A stretch of 63,575 bases of DNA, counting the filler, from Platydemus manokwari (taxonomy: Eukaryota): the NCBI GenBank assembly GCA_037951405.1. It is 6 parts of 6 records of this genome, joined end to end, with 100 filler letters (N's around TTAATTAATTAA, not from the genome) between each part and the next. Parts side by side here need not be neighbours in the genome. Positions count along the whole stretch, not along the records: positions 10,028 to 19,286 come from JBBMOY011276317.1; positions 19,387 to 29,151 come from JBBMOY011207987.1; 4 more parts are not named here. One strand, written 5' to 3'. Within the stretch, counting starts at the first letter, position 1, and the number at the start of each line of letters is the position of its first letter. The notes beneath the pieces are model-generated. The model searched no databases. It was not told the DNA's origin and was given only the letters and a program-made list of their open reading frames with translations. The translations under genes were made by a program, and so were the position numbers. Of the stretch, positions 11,813 through 25,124 are shown piece after piece.

Positions 11813-14800
11813 TAAATTTGCAATTTTTTAAAAATTCATTGTCTCAGTTAAACAAAAATCATTTATTCATTTTGTTATTTTTTTAAAAAAAAACAACAAT
11901 TGAAATATATCAATTAAGAGATTAAAGTTGAAATCAAAATAAAATTTGTCCAATTTTCATTTATTCAAAATAATTGTTACTATTTATATCAACCAATTAA
12001 ATTCATTGTTATTCTCAATTTTTTTATTTTCTTGGTGTTTTAATTATTCAATGGAAAATTAATGATAAGAATTTTGATTATTGCAAATATACTTATTAAT
12101 ATAATATATATGTACAAATATTGTAATCATCAAATAAATATTTGGATTCGAGTTTTATGGTGTGATAGATACAAATTCATAATATAAATATAAAAATTGT
12201 TATAAAAATGCTATAAAAACAATGTGTATTACTTTTACGTAATTCGTTAGAGGGAAAATAGTGATGTTGACCAAATTTTAATACGCAAAAATAATTAAAA
12301 TCGTTAAATTCATTGCTTATTATCACCAGATTTTTTAGTCTAACAAGGATTGTTGATCTATCTTGAACTGTTCTTATAAATCGTAAAATAGTGTTTTATA
12401 AATTACACAATACATTTTATAGAAATCGAATAGTAGCCAGTGTAAGTAGTTACTAATTCATAAATGACGATTTGAAAACGAACTGAAAAGTCATGACACC
12501 AAATTATGTATTTAAATACACTTATATAAGCAAAATACAATTTTATATAAAAACTGAATTAAATCTTCTCACACCCAGTACAATCGCATTTCGTAAAGTA
12601 ATATTAAAAATTGGAAAAAAAATAAATTCAAGATATTTTAGATGATATTTAACTAAATAAATATTAGTAATATGGAATATTAATTCTCTTTTAATGTAAT
12701 ATTAACACAAGACAGTCGTGATATTAATTTCTTTGAAAAAAATTGAATTGTATTTACTTACAAAAATGTTAATAGCTACATAGATTCTATCAATTTTTAT
12801 CAATTAAATATTACATCTATCATAATTTTTTATATTTTGATAAGTGCGATTATATTATCATTAAAAATTAAAATAATCAGATTCTCTACCTAAACCATAT
12901 TTGCTTATGTGAAAAATTAAATCATAAGTGATGGGATTTATGCCATAAAGCATTTTCTACATTTTTTATTAGATAGACAATAAATTTCATAATCAAACCA
13001 AAATATGGCTCAATATAATAATAAAAAAATTTCCTATTATTTCTCAATTTCGTGAATTTTCCAGCTATTTAAAATTAGTGCTTGTCATTTCTGAATACAC
13101 AAAATGAATTTAACAGTCTATTATTTAAACTCAGATATCTCATCCGAATTTTATTGAAATCAATGTTGAATTCTCAAATAATATATTTTTTCAATTATTT
13201 ATTGCGTTTATTATTTCAAAAAGCTATTGTAAATATTTATCAATCGATTGCAGTTAGTCTTCAATTTTATCAAGTGCAAATTCAGTTTTCATAATTTCAG
13301 CTTAGAGAAAAACATAATGACTGCGAAAATTTCATTATATGAAATACGATGACAAATAGTCACTCTCTTCCTATTTTCTTCGATTAAAAATAGTAATAAC
13401 CTGCCAAAGATTGACGATAAATATTTAACAACTGAAATTCTGAAGACTTCGAACAATTTAAGTTGTTATTCAAAATTTTAATAATTAAAAATTATTTACT
13501 TAAAATGAACTCCATAAATTCATGTCGGGTTGCTATGGTAAATTGTCGTCATGTACTTTTAGCTCGTATATTTAAACCATTCCAACTTAAATGTTTCACA
13601 AAATACTGAATTGAAAGCAAAGAATTCTAAACGACAAGTTTTAATAACTGACTTTTGCTTTATTGTTTTCTGATATGAATAAAAATTCCGTGGTAAAATC
13701 AGTAAGAAATTTTCTATAAATATGAGCCACTGATTAAATAAATCGGAAAATATATTTCCAAAACAAATCCAATGGAAATTATGTTTGTTTTATGAGTTGA
13801 CAGAAATCAGATATTGAGATTGATATGCTCAAATCGTCTGCATTAAATAATCATTTCTATGGTTCATTTATTGTCAAGAATTAGTTAGCAGACGGTAAAG
13901 AAAAACCGTATTCTTTAATTTAGTTTATTTTTATCAGTGATTTTTACTAAAGAAAAACATTAATTTCTATCATCCCATTTATGGGGTTTTTTATTTCTGG
14001 AGAAATTTGAAAAATAATCTAATATTTGAGTTTGTAAATTTAATTATAACGATCGATTCTGTAGATTTTATCAGCTGATATCGAGGAATATTTCAAATAA
14101 TTTTTCAGTCGAAAAGCAACATCTGTTTCACGAATTTCATTTCAAAGTTTTTATGTGTGTAATGTCTAAAATAACCATTCGAAATTCAGTTTATGATGGA
14201 CCAAATATGGTTTTCTAAATGGTTTCCGAGAATTTCATGTCTCGTCTAACTTATTTATGGTACATTAATTAAATTAAAAAAAACTTCATTTCAATACTAA
14301 TAATAATTATAATGAATGATTAATATCTGTTTGCGGTTATTCTCTATGATTTTCATTCTCGTAATTGAAATGAAATCTTTTTGATAAACTCAGAAATAGC
14401 TTATGATTGTCTCGAGTAAATTATTCGAAAAACAAATCTCTTCAAACAGAAAACTTATCTCAAAAAATTCAGTTCTGTGCAGATCAATGATTTTTTAATT
14501 CCGGTTAATCAAGTTTGTAATCGAAAGTGACAGTGAAAAGAACAATTAATATTTGTAGATTCTAATTAAATTGAGCTTTTTAATTTTAGTTTAAGTATTT
14601 ATAATTTGCTTTTGATTAAACAAATCTCTCATACAAGCTTGTATAATGAATTTTGTTTTGTTTTTCGGGAAAAATTCTACTAGCAGAAAATTTCTTTTGA
14701 CATACGAAAATCATTGGTAGAAACTAGAGTGGATTTTGTGTGTATTGATTAAATTTTAGAGATTTTTTTGGAAAAAAAAACAAAAAAACATAACATATCA

Positions 14801-17761
14801 TCTAATATGAGTTGTTATTCAGATTTATGATATTATTTTTCGATAATTTGAAAACCATTGCGCATAGCCTCGAGAAAAGCAGTCACATCGCGCACACACT
14901 CACTCACTTGAGATCGATTATTTTGTTTCAAATATATAAGAATTGTATTTATTTTATGTACTCTCAGATTCATTGAACAGAAGAAAAAAATCATTGAAAG
15001 TCATCTGAGTACAATTATGGTTTAGGAATGATTATCAAATGTTGGTTTGTTGAAAGTTTAAAAATCAATGCCATCAGCCAATTATATGGAAAACACATCA
15101 TAGCTAATTGAATTCAAAACTTTGATTGTAAAATTGTATAAATTTTTGTTATTTTGGAAAAATTTTTTGGTTATTTTTCTTTTTTGTTATAGTTTTTTTT
15201 ATTTTATTAGGTAATTTTTTATCGAAAAAAATTATTATTCTTTAATGACCTTGAAATCCTTACAATTAAAATCCTAAAAGTTTCCAATTTGAAATACAAA
15301 TAAATTAAATTATAAATGGTGAAATAATTTGACAAAAGTTGGAAATAATTCTCGAATATTTGCAATCAAATGAGTTTGATGATGAATTATTGTTTACGAT
15401 TTGGTTATTGTTCGAATAATTGAAAAGTGAGATTTCATTGAAAAATTTAAACAAATTTGTGTTGTTTTAAGTTTATTTTCTAATAAACATTTTCTTTCAA
15501 ATGTATTTATTGATTATAAAAACAATAAACATTTAATTTGCCTGGATAATTTGTATTTTTATGAATTAAATAAAATATTTGTTTATGAAGTAATAAGTGA
15601 TAACTTAAAAGTATATTTTATTATTTTATGTATTTAAAGAAATCCTAAGAACTCGAGCATATATACAAGAATTAAATTTATGTTAGATATGATACGCAAT
15701 CATTACTGTTCTGTAAATGAAAACAGATCAACAAAGGAAAGCTTTTATTAGTGGATTTTTAATATGAGTTATAAGAAACGAAAAATTTCGTTAGATTAAT
15801 CAAATTCAGTGGCAATGTATACCAAACATCGACGAAAGTGTTGGTTTGGAATTTTTGGTTGTAAGTAAATAACATGTAAAAATATAAATTAATTAATATA
15901 AAATGTGAAATGTTTATTCGAGATATTTTCCGTAAAGCAAACAATAATGAAAGAATATACACGTATATTTTAGTTGCATTAGTTTCGTCGTTATCATTAG
16001 AGTTGTAATCCTATTATTTCAGTGCATTTATAAACTTTTTTCGCTGAAACTCCCGTTTGATAAATATTCTAATTAGTAGATTTTAGTTTCTTGATTATTA
16101 TAATTATTTACATGTTTATATATTCTCATCATTAATCTGTAATGATTATACAGGCACCGTGAGAATCGAAAATCTAACCAAATTAAAAATGTATTTTTCG
16201 ACGTATTGAGTAATAAACCAAGAGTTTCTATTAATAAGTTCTATCTTTTAATTGTTGTATTTTTTTCTGATATCATTGAACTAATTGGGAATATTTTTTT
16301 GAAGAAAGATCGAGTAAAACAATCGATAATAATTAAGATCTGAAAGAACAAAAAGCCCTTTGATTATGTGAAGTAATGGATTATGTGATAATGGGAAACA
16401 GTAATGGGGAATCATTATTAACTAGGAATAAGATTTACCACGAATATTCAGTTATAATCAACTTTAAATTTAGAAAAATGATTTTCATTTGGATTCGGAA
16501 TATTGATCAAATCAAACATAAAGAAAAAGAATAATTAAATTTGGTGGAGATTACAAGCACATGTATTATAAAAGTTGGTATTTGATGTAATGATAGTTAA
16601 TATTATCATCTATAAGAATAAAAATGAATTCTGTCAAATCTGAACAGCTCAATATGATAACCTAAATTAAAACTTAATAAAAACCGTATGAATCCCCATA
16701 AAAATTGATATTTTAATGTGGATATTAGTTATTTTTTAAAATGAATATAAACTGGTGTAAAATAAAACATATCTCCTTCATTTTTATTCGTTTAGATATC
16801 GATTAATTGGATTGCAACAAAATATTATGATAAATATAAATCTAAAACAAAAGGATTTAACCATTGAAGATAAACAGTAAATGTTAAAATAAATTGATGA
16901 AGATTATTGTTGTTTTCAAAGCTTTATTTAAACGAAATTTATTAAGCTGCGTAAATAATCCTGTCAAATCTAGAGATTCTATTTTGAAATAAAATTTGAA
17001 TATTAAAACAGAAAATAAAATCACATTTATTCAGTGGTTATGAAATTGACACTGTTTTGTATGCTTTATTGCAAAAAATGCTTTGAAATTCGCACAATAC
17101 TTTGACAGTCATGTATTTAAAGTATTAAATGACTGGCTTAATTGTTTTCTTTTAAGACTTATATGATATTGTCCAAAACAATGATTGGAGAATCAAATAC
17201 CGCGAATGAAAGGTTTGACTTTGTTTTTAAAGAATTATCTAAATCAAAGTCGAAGAAATATGAAAATGGAGATGTTTATAAATTTTGTTGAAATTGTATT
17301 TTTCTAAAAATGTTCATATAAGCTGGTATATAATATAGAAATACAGAATTGAAATAAAATGAAGAGATAATGTTTATTTGATTAAAACAAATAATTTAGA
17401 ACACAGAATCTATTTAAAAGGCATAGCCTAGTGCGTACGCACTTTGGCATGCTAAAAATAAAAATGTAAAATTAAAGATTACCAACATACTTATTGTACA
17501 ATGAATTTTTAAATTTAAACCAATTCTTTGTATAATTTTATATTATATTTTCGACTATTTATACTAGTTGATAGTATGTATTTTATAATTATAATTAGTT
17601 ATAATTTTTATTTTTAATTAATTATCATATTGAGCAACGATTATCCATCATACTCGTAGCTCAATCTGTAATCCATTACGATTTGGACTTTCATTGGATT
17701 GCTTGATGAATTTGTCCTAAAACTAGTATATAAACGGATAGCTATTTTCTAGTTTCTTATA

Positions 17762-17818
17762 GTCCTATCTGTCTCTAGCCGAGGCACTGATGAGGCCCAC
17801 GGTAGGCCGAAATAGGAC
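17762..17818 (+). ncRNA. Type III hammerhead ribozyme (copy 1), predicted cleavage after AUC at C17769
   Basis: gtcctaTC | stem I tgtctc[tagcc]gaggca | CTGATGA | stem II ggcc[cacggta]ggcc | GAAA | taggac. All core nucleotides and all three helices are present. Confidence 0.92.
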
Positions 17819-17884
17819 AATATCCATATCATAAAACCACTACCATCATCTTTGGAGCTGTTTTTTTGAAGGCTTCGGGAGATT

Positions 17885-17942
17885 GTCCTATATATCTCTG
17901 AACCGAGATACTGATGAAGCCTACGGAGGGCTGAAATAGGAC
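17885..17942 (+). ncRNA. Type III hammerhead ribozyme (copy 2), predicted cleavage after AUA at A17892
   Basis: gtcctaTA | stem I tatctc[tgaacc]gagata | CTGATGA | stem II agcc[tacggag]ggct | GAAA | taggac. Compensatory base-pair changes relative to copy 1. Confidence 0.9.
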
Positions 17943-18099
17943 TAATTTTCGCCAAAAAGTAATTTATTTATTTATTTTAAATATTTTGACCAATTAAAAA
18001 AATAGAATGTATGGAATATCTAAAGATAAGCCGTATGGTAAATTTTTAAAATCTCGCAGCTATACTCTTCAGAGATTAATATGTTAGGAGCAAAATTAA

Positions 18100-19286
18100 T
18101 ATCTTTTAAAATAGACAAGTCAAAGAAACCTAGTTACTTTAAACATTTTAACATAGAATAGTTACCTGTTTGTCATCATTAGAATACAAAGTCTTGAATG
18201 CCTCTAACGATTATTCAAAGAATCCTTTAAAGAATTTTAAAAAATAGAGAAGAGATGAATATTTCACCACCAAAAGGACTTTTTAAAAAGCCGCACTGAA
18301 TGATTCCATTTTGACTACGATGACTATTATGAATAAATGAAATTTCGAATCTATCGACCTTACGAATGATTTTAACGATCGATAATTAAAATTAATTAAA
18401 TACCAGTAACAAAACTGTCTTATTTACATCAAATGAGACGTCACATCTGAGTGCACATATGGAGAAAAAATATTAAAAGTTATGAATGCGAAATTGATCA
18501 GATATGTATATATTTTTGACAGAAAAATCCTCGATAGTTAATACGTGAAATGTCTAATTTCGTTCAGAAAATTAGGCTTTCTCCAGATCTGGCCAATGTG
18601 CTATCACAATTCAAATCCCAGTTAGGTCTTGAGGCAAGACAATTAAAATGAGTTTCAGTTCAACACTGACTTGAATATTGATTCTACCTTAGTTATTGAG
18701 AAATATATTTTTGGCATTTTCCAGAATTAAAAAAACTTAGCATGCATATATATTATGGAAATTATTTTAAAATATTGGGTTTATATGTGATACTAAATGT
18801 GATAATATACAAATATTTATGTAAATAATTAATTATATTGTCGTTATAATATCATTNNNNNNNNNNTTGTCTAAATTAATTCTAGTTATTTGGACGTTTT
18901 TTATTATTAAATTTATTATTTCAGCTATATTACTTTTTCTTTATTTCGTTATAAGTAGTAATAAATTTTTTATTTCTAAATTTACTATTAATATGACGAA
19001 ATCTAAATATTTAACTGTTGTCTAAAACTTTGAATCATCTGGAATTCTGTTTTTAATGTCATATAATTCAATAATTCCAGCATGAAACAATCAAAGATTT
19101 ACATTAAACATGTTCTCTTATCAAATATAATGGAAGTTAAATTTTGCAATGAAGGCTATGGAGAATATTTCAGTTCTTTTCAAAAGGTTTCCGATTGCTC
19201 ATACCCCTACACCAAGATCGAAATATCATATATGTTAATGCAGGAAGAAAAGCGTCTTTTCCGACATTGACAATGTAATGTTTTTC
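18100..19286 (+). mobile_element. Highly degenerate non-LTR (LINE-like) reverse transcriptase remnant
   Basis: Fragments such as IVTCLSSLEYKVL and QFKSQLGLEARQ loosely resemble early RT motifs; many stops. Confidence 0.3.
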
Positions 19287-19386
19287 NNNNNNNNNNNNNN
19301 NNNNNNNNNNNNNNNNNNNNNNNNNNNNNNTTAATTAATTAANNNNNNNNNNNNNNNNNNNNNNNNNNNNNNNNNNNNNNNNNNNN
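19287..19386. other. Artificial contig spacer
   Basis: 44N-TTAATTAATTAA-44N. Confidence 0.97.
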
Positions 19387-20160
19387 ACAACCGGAATAAT
19401 GATGATTCCACCAATAATCCGACTTTAATCAGTAATTAGGTTGCGTGTAATTCGGATAGGATATATAGTAACAATAGAGCATATTAAAATTAACGAATAT
19501 GTAATGCAATACTATTGACAGAGGGAAGTGTTATGCCCTGAAAAGGTTTAAATTAAACTGACGTAATGAACTAAGCGCTGCCTTACTTAGGACGCAAAAC
19601 TAAGAAAGATTTGATTTTAAGTGATGCAAATACTTACGGATTTGCAAATTAATGTCACTGAATTACAAATTCTTTCGACTTTATAATCTAGCAACGATGT
19701 GAAAAGCAATTAAATTTATCGATTTCATCGTGTATTGCAGGATTGTAAAGGTATAAACCAGCCGACAACTTCAGTCGTATAGCTCGAAATTGAATAATCA
19801 GTTAGTGGCAAAGTTTCCAATGATGATATCCAGAGAAGCTGGAGGTTTACTGTAGAGCGCGATTTCCCATTTATTATTCACTGTAAAATGAGATTTCCAA
19901 TTTCTTAATGAGAGGAGTTCTATCTATGACAAGAAGAAAAATTCCAATTGTCGAATTGAAACAATATCTGTTAATTAAATTTTTAAACTGTTTACGATAT
20001 TTGTCAGAAATTTACGGGTGTTTTCCTCTGTTTGCTTCTGTTTTTATACCTAATTTTTCCGTAAGATTATGGGAAATTTCAAAATTGTTCTGCCGCTGTC
20101 ATGGCAATTCTTATATATTTTAATATTTATCACGGTGACTTCAGAGGTGATGTGATTTAC
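19387..20160 (-). repeat. Second copy of the 5038-6219 LTR-like repeat
   Basis: ccggaataatgatgattccaccaataat...aattaggttgcgt and later blocks align with 5210-6060. Confidence 0.7.
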
Positions 20161-21128
20161 AAGAATTAATAATGTGTGGCCTGGTTTTCGTATGTCATGA
20201 ATTAGCCAACAAAATTTTCTAATTTAACTTTTTATTTTGCAAAATCTTACAATTAATTGAGTAGGAATTCTTAAAGATTGTAGGTGCTTAATAAAGATAA
20301 AACTTCGCTGAAGTTCAAATTATAAATGAGCAATTTGTAAAAAGTTATTGATTAACACTTAAAATATAATGAAGTTTTATACAACGGCCACATAACCCTA
20401 TGCCTTAACCTTATAAACTACTTTTATACACCAAAAGATGAAAGTAGCTCAAACGTGGCCAACACAAGGGCAAAATTGATAGCCCGCAATACAAAACTGC
20501 ATAAAATGCAAATATGTACAGCAAACCACACTGGGATCTGAAAATTGAACTCCGTGGAGGGATGAATCTGTCAGCATTTGGTCCAAAATAATCGGGATTT
20601 AAATATTAACAAAAAATATTAGTTACGGCAAAATTAATTAAGCAAAGTTGCATTCGAAAAATTAAAGGTAAAGTTAATTAGGAATAAAGATTAACAAAAG
20701 TCAAAGTCTTACAATTCAAATTTTAAAGTTTTAAGTTTGACATAGTGAATAAGTAATAGTAAAAAGTGACAAAATTAGAAATATTAACTTTCTATAGATT
20801 GTTAAAAAACATGTCTAGGAAAACTAAAATTGAAGTTAAACAGAGGGTTAATTAAAAACTCAATTAATGATACAAATGAGGAAAATTTATGAAAGTGACA
20901 ATAAAAAAAATGAAGACTTAGAAAGATAGGGTTGATGACAGTGATGAAAATGTGGAGTTTAGCTAAGATAGTAAAACATGAAATGGAGAAAACAAAAAGT
21001 GGATGATAAAAATGAGTAGAATGAAGATATATTAGTAAGATAATCAATTAAATCAGTCAAGCGAGGGCAGTTAGAGACTGAGTCACCATTAAACAATTCC
21101 CTACAGAGAGTTGGGACCAAAACAAAGT

Positions 21129-21900
21129 TTAACAAGCGAATGACGAGGGGTCCCCGTAACTTGGGAAAGATTCTCTGACCACAGTAGTAGTTAGTAGAGT
21201 GGCCAGGGTGCGGAGAGAGTGCTTATCCAAGCCAACTTTCGAAAGAACTCTATCATTCGTGGGGTCCCAACTACCAAGACACCCTACGTTGATGACATTG
21301 ATGAACACCTTATGCCTATTGTTCTTACCTATCAGTCCATCAATGGAGCCATATTTGGCATCATTTTCGGTCCTATTGCGCCTAAAGTTTACATCGGAAT
21401 CAAAAGAAACCTTCAGGTTAAGGACAAAGGTAGTGTGCTTGCTATTGTCCCGAATAACCAAGTCAAGGAGAAGGGTAGAGTCAACACCTGCGGGATGGCA
21501 ATCAACATCAACATCAAACCTTAGATTGCGTAAAAGGAGCCCAAGATATCGAACAGGATGTTGTGTTTACGAGTAGCTATGTATAGCGTAGTTGGGCAGT
21601 GATTCAGGAGATGAGCAGCGGTATCAACATGGGTATTACAACGCCTACAATTCAAGTATAACGATTTAGCGAGACAAAAAGTGCGGTAACGAAGCTGGAG
21701 ATTGTTACAGCGAGCCTGGAAGACAACGCGCCAAACAGCGCGAGAGAAATCGATGTCCTGTAACATAAGATTGGAACGCGGAGATGTGGAGAAGCAGTTA
21801 AAAATGAGACCCTGCGACTTAAATTTGGATCATTTGTCAGCATGCGTGAGCATGACGGCATCGTGAAGGATCTGACAGAGATTCTTGCGTTTCTTAAAGT
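21129..21900 (-). mobile_element. 3' part of a NeSL/Utopia/R2-group non-LTR retrotransposon: CCHC knuckle plus restriction-like endonuclease (decayed, 5'-truncated)
   Basis: Reading through one stop: FQARCNNL...CRRCNTHVDTAAHLLNHC...RKHN...LLDLVIRD...FVLNLKVSFD...NDAKY...VGCLGSWDPTNDRVL. This is the CCHC-RHN-PD..D-K-KY signature with the G.LGSWDP.ND motif. Confidence 0.85.
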
Positions 21901-24671
21901 CAAAATGGAATGATTCAGATATTGCCATCCTTGGTATACTTGTCCGTGTTAATATGCATCTCTTGTAATTCTTTGTATTCATGAATCATTTAAAAATATT
22001 TGAATATAATTTTTATTACCATTACTGAAATATTTATATAATAGATAACAGATAAAATGTAACAAATGTGTAAATCTAAATTTTTGAAGTTAAACTTTTA
22101 TGCCCAGAGGATGTTGAACATTTATATTTGCTACTAAATTTTGAAACAAAACTTCATTCATTGTAATTTGAGTTGTTGAAGTTTCGATTTCTTGAATTAT
22201 TCATCTCTGAGGTCCTAATTTTCGTGCTTCTTATTATAACTAAATACAGTTTTTTCACCTTGGTAATTTTTAAGCAGAGAACCATGAGTGAACCACATAA
22301 ACGTGAAAGATCACGGTATGTGATTTTTTCAAAACCAAGTGCAGTATTATAAGATTATTTAAAAATAAATAGAATCTCATTCTGGTAAATTGATTCTGAT
22401 TCAGTTAGATCGTTAGTTATTTTACAATAATTATTATTTCTCACACAGTTGATTTTGATTTTCTTTGAAAGAAACAGACAATTGAGCATAGATCATGTTA
22501 TTACTAAAAATGTTTCCACTTATTTTCTTAAATTTCAAAAAAACCCATTTTATCGAAATCGGTAATTTTTTCATCGATATCTCTAAATATACACTAACAT
22601 TTTATTTGCTATTTTATCAGTTAAAAAAAATGATAAATCTTCTTTGTTATATCTTTGGGATCAGAATTCATGACATTTTTCAAATATTTAGTCTTTAGAT
22701 TACCTATCTAAATATTCGAATAATGTTTTTGGATTTTACTATTAATTATCTTCTGTGTCTAGAAAAGAATCACACTAGTTAATATTATTGAGATAATTAG
22801 AAATAAAATAAAGATAATATTTGAGTAGCAGGTTTTTAAAATATTTTTACATATAGCTGCATAAAAGGTTTTAGAAAATTTATAACTTTATTTATATTCG
22901 GCAAATTTAGTGAAAGCAAAACGTTGAGATTCCATCTCAACTACGATCAATAATTATTAAATACTTATCAGATGATTTTTATATCAATACTCATATTAAT
23001 AGCAATTCTGAAATCAAAAATTTATTAAAATTGATAACCCTTCAATTAATTAAACATATTTTGTGATTAAAAACAATTACGCGATTATGACATTTAAAAT
23101 AATCATCGATTGGTGAGATTTACGATTCGTTTTATAATGGTTATTTTTCTTGTGAATATTAATTTTCATGTATTAATTATTAATGATTTTATGGGAAAAT
23201 GATTTATAATTTATATATTTATAAATAAGAAAGGTCGTTGATTATTAACATACATGTTTATAATAGTGTTGGATTTTGGTCTTATGAGTTAGTGCTCCCA
23301 ACACGGATGATTTCGTTAAGGTTAGTCTGATTTAAATTCGAACTATCGACTTTCAGTCTAAAAATACTTTATTACGAAACGAGTATTAATTGTGATGACA
23401 ACTATTTACTATATGGGCAATAAATTAAAACGTAAGACAATTGACTTAGAATAATCCGCTATGGAAAATCAAAACAAATTACAAAGTTTTCAGAATAATT
23501 TACTATTAACAATTATTGATATATTATTAAATCGGACCAACAACCAAAGTTATTTAATCCACAACAAACTTAAGTTTAGCTCAATCAATTTAAGGTACGT
23601 GAGTGGTCGATTCGAATTTGACGAAATGACCTATAAGTAACGATTTTAAATAATATAGATTTTAAAATGTTTTTATTTTCGTTCTGGCAACCTCCGCACC
23701 TTTGAGTTGATTCCGTTTAAGCAAAGTATCCAATACTGCCAATTGTATTGTAATTGAAACTTGTGGATCTTTCGAAATCTATGGATTCTTCGTCTGGAAA
23801 CAAGTATCGTCGTCGGCAGTTTTTCTGTTTTAAAGTTTTTGCTTTCCAAGAGTTATCTTTCTCCGTTAAGACTTTTAGATTTTCTTGTTAAGATTTTATG
23901 TCTAGATTTTTGTGAGCGAAAAATAATGATTTTTGGTGTTTATTTATAGTATTTTAAAAATGGAAAATTCGCTTCAGAAATTTAAAATATTTTTATTTTC
24001 CCACTTCAAAATTAAAATTGTTTTATTTTTTCCAAAAATTTAAATCTAATTATTTTATTAATTTTATTAAATAAATTCTATTAATTTTAGACTTTTAGAA
24101 ATTCCAACAAATTTCTATATATATTATTAGCTCACTTAAACAATTTCTAAAATTCTATATAAATTAAATTTATTTTTTCAATTATTGTTATTTTGGGAGG
24201 GCTATTTATTATTTTTGTTGTCCGATTTATTTTTAAGTTTATTAATATTAAAAATTTCCATTATCTTTAAAATATAATTTATGACAAAATACGTTATACA
24301 CCGAATACAAATATTTGAATACAATATACATTGAAAGAAGGATTTGAGAATTACAAGGTATAAGATACAGATTGGAGACAAAATCACTAAATGTTTGGAA
24401 TCAAATGTGAATTTCTACAGGAATCCGTGGTCGTATTGCTCGTCCAGATCTACACATTTGTGCATTCCTCACCATCTGGAATTCTCTTCTCTCGGATCTA
24501 CTGGGATCATCAGCTCTGTTTTGATTGTGTCTTGGGGTTTTCTCCGGCCGACCTTCCCCGTTTATCCCCACGATAAACCTTTCCATCTCAGTTTCCGTCT
24601 TGGTGAAGCTTAATTCTTTCATTGTTTGGGGCATTTGTGTCATTTGTGGCCATTATATTTGATGTCCTTAG

Positions 24672-24750
24672 GGCATTGGAGGGCATATGATAGGAGATAC
24701 TTGTGGCATTGGAGGGCATATGATAGGAGATACTTGTGGCATTGGAGGCA
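24672..24750. repeat. 33-bp minisatellite, ~2.4 copies
   Basis: Unit ggcattggagggcatatgataggagatacttgt starts at 24672, 24705 and 24738; reads MPQVSPIICPP on the minus strand. Confidence 0.85.
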
Positions 24751-25124
24751 CTTTCCCAACATTTCTGTATCTTTCTACTACATCATTTAAATATATAAAT
24801 ATACTGTCTTAAATATAAAATCACATGATAAAACAATATTTCACAATTAAATTTATCCTGTCTTTCATTAGGTTACTTTTATTAGTAAATCAACAGATAT
24901 TAGGCAATATTAAAGATAGCAGAGAACCAGATGTGAATAGTTAAGTTTCAAATGTAAGAGTACGATCTGTAAAAACTGCAACTTATTCTCAACTATTAAC
25001 TTTTATATCTGACTCCAAAATATGTATCGGAAATGAGTGACTATTCCACACTAGATTTAATAAAGAATTATGTTACGTTCAGGCTTTAATGATTTTATTG
25101 TTTAACTAAGCTTAATTCTATTTG

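Noticed and set aside
14955-15012. Hairpin containing tgaaagtcatctgagtac (miR-71-like start)
   Set aside because: The seed differs from miR-71 and the hairpin is irregular; no support without small-RNA data.
18040-18110. Minus-strand CTGAAGA-gta[tagc]tgc-GAGA next to the hammerhead pair
   Set aside because: GAGA instead of GAAA, no NUH cleavage triplet, and stems made only of AT-rich low-complexity pairs.
21199-21576. Plus-strand ORFs of 125 and 101 aa
   Set aside because: Antisense shadows of the RLE retrotransposon coding frame.
23300-23365. tRNA-like T-arm (gatagttcgaatt) on the minus strand
   Set aside because: No complete cloverleaf; at most a decayed SINE head.
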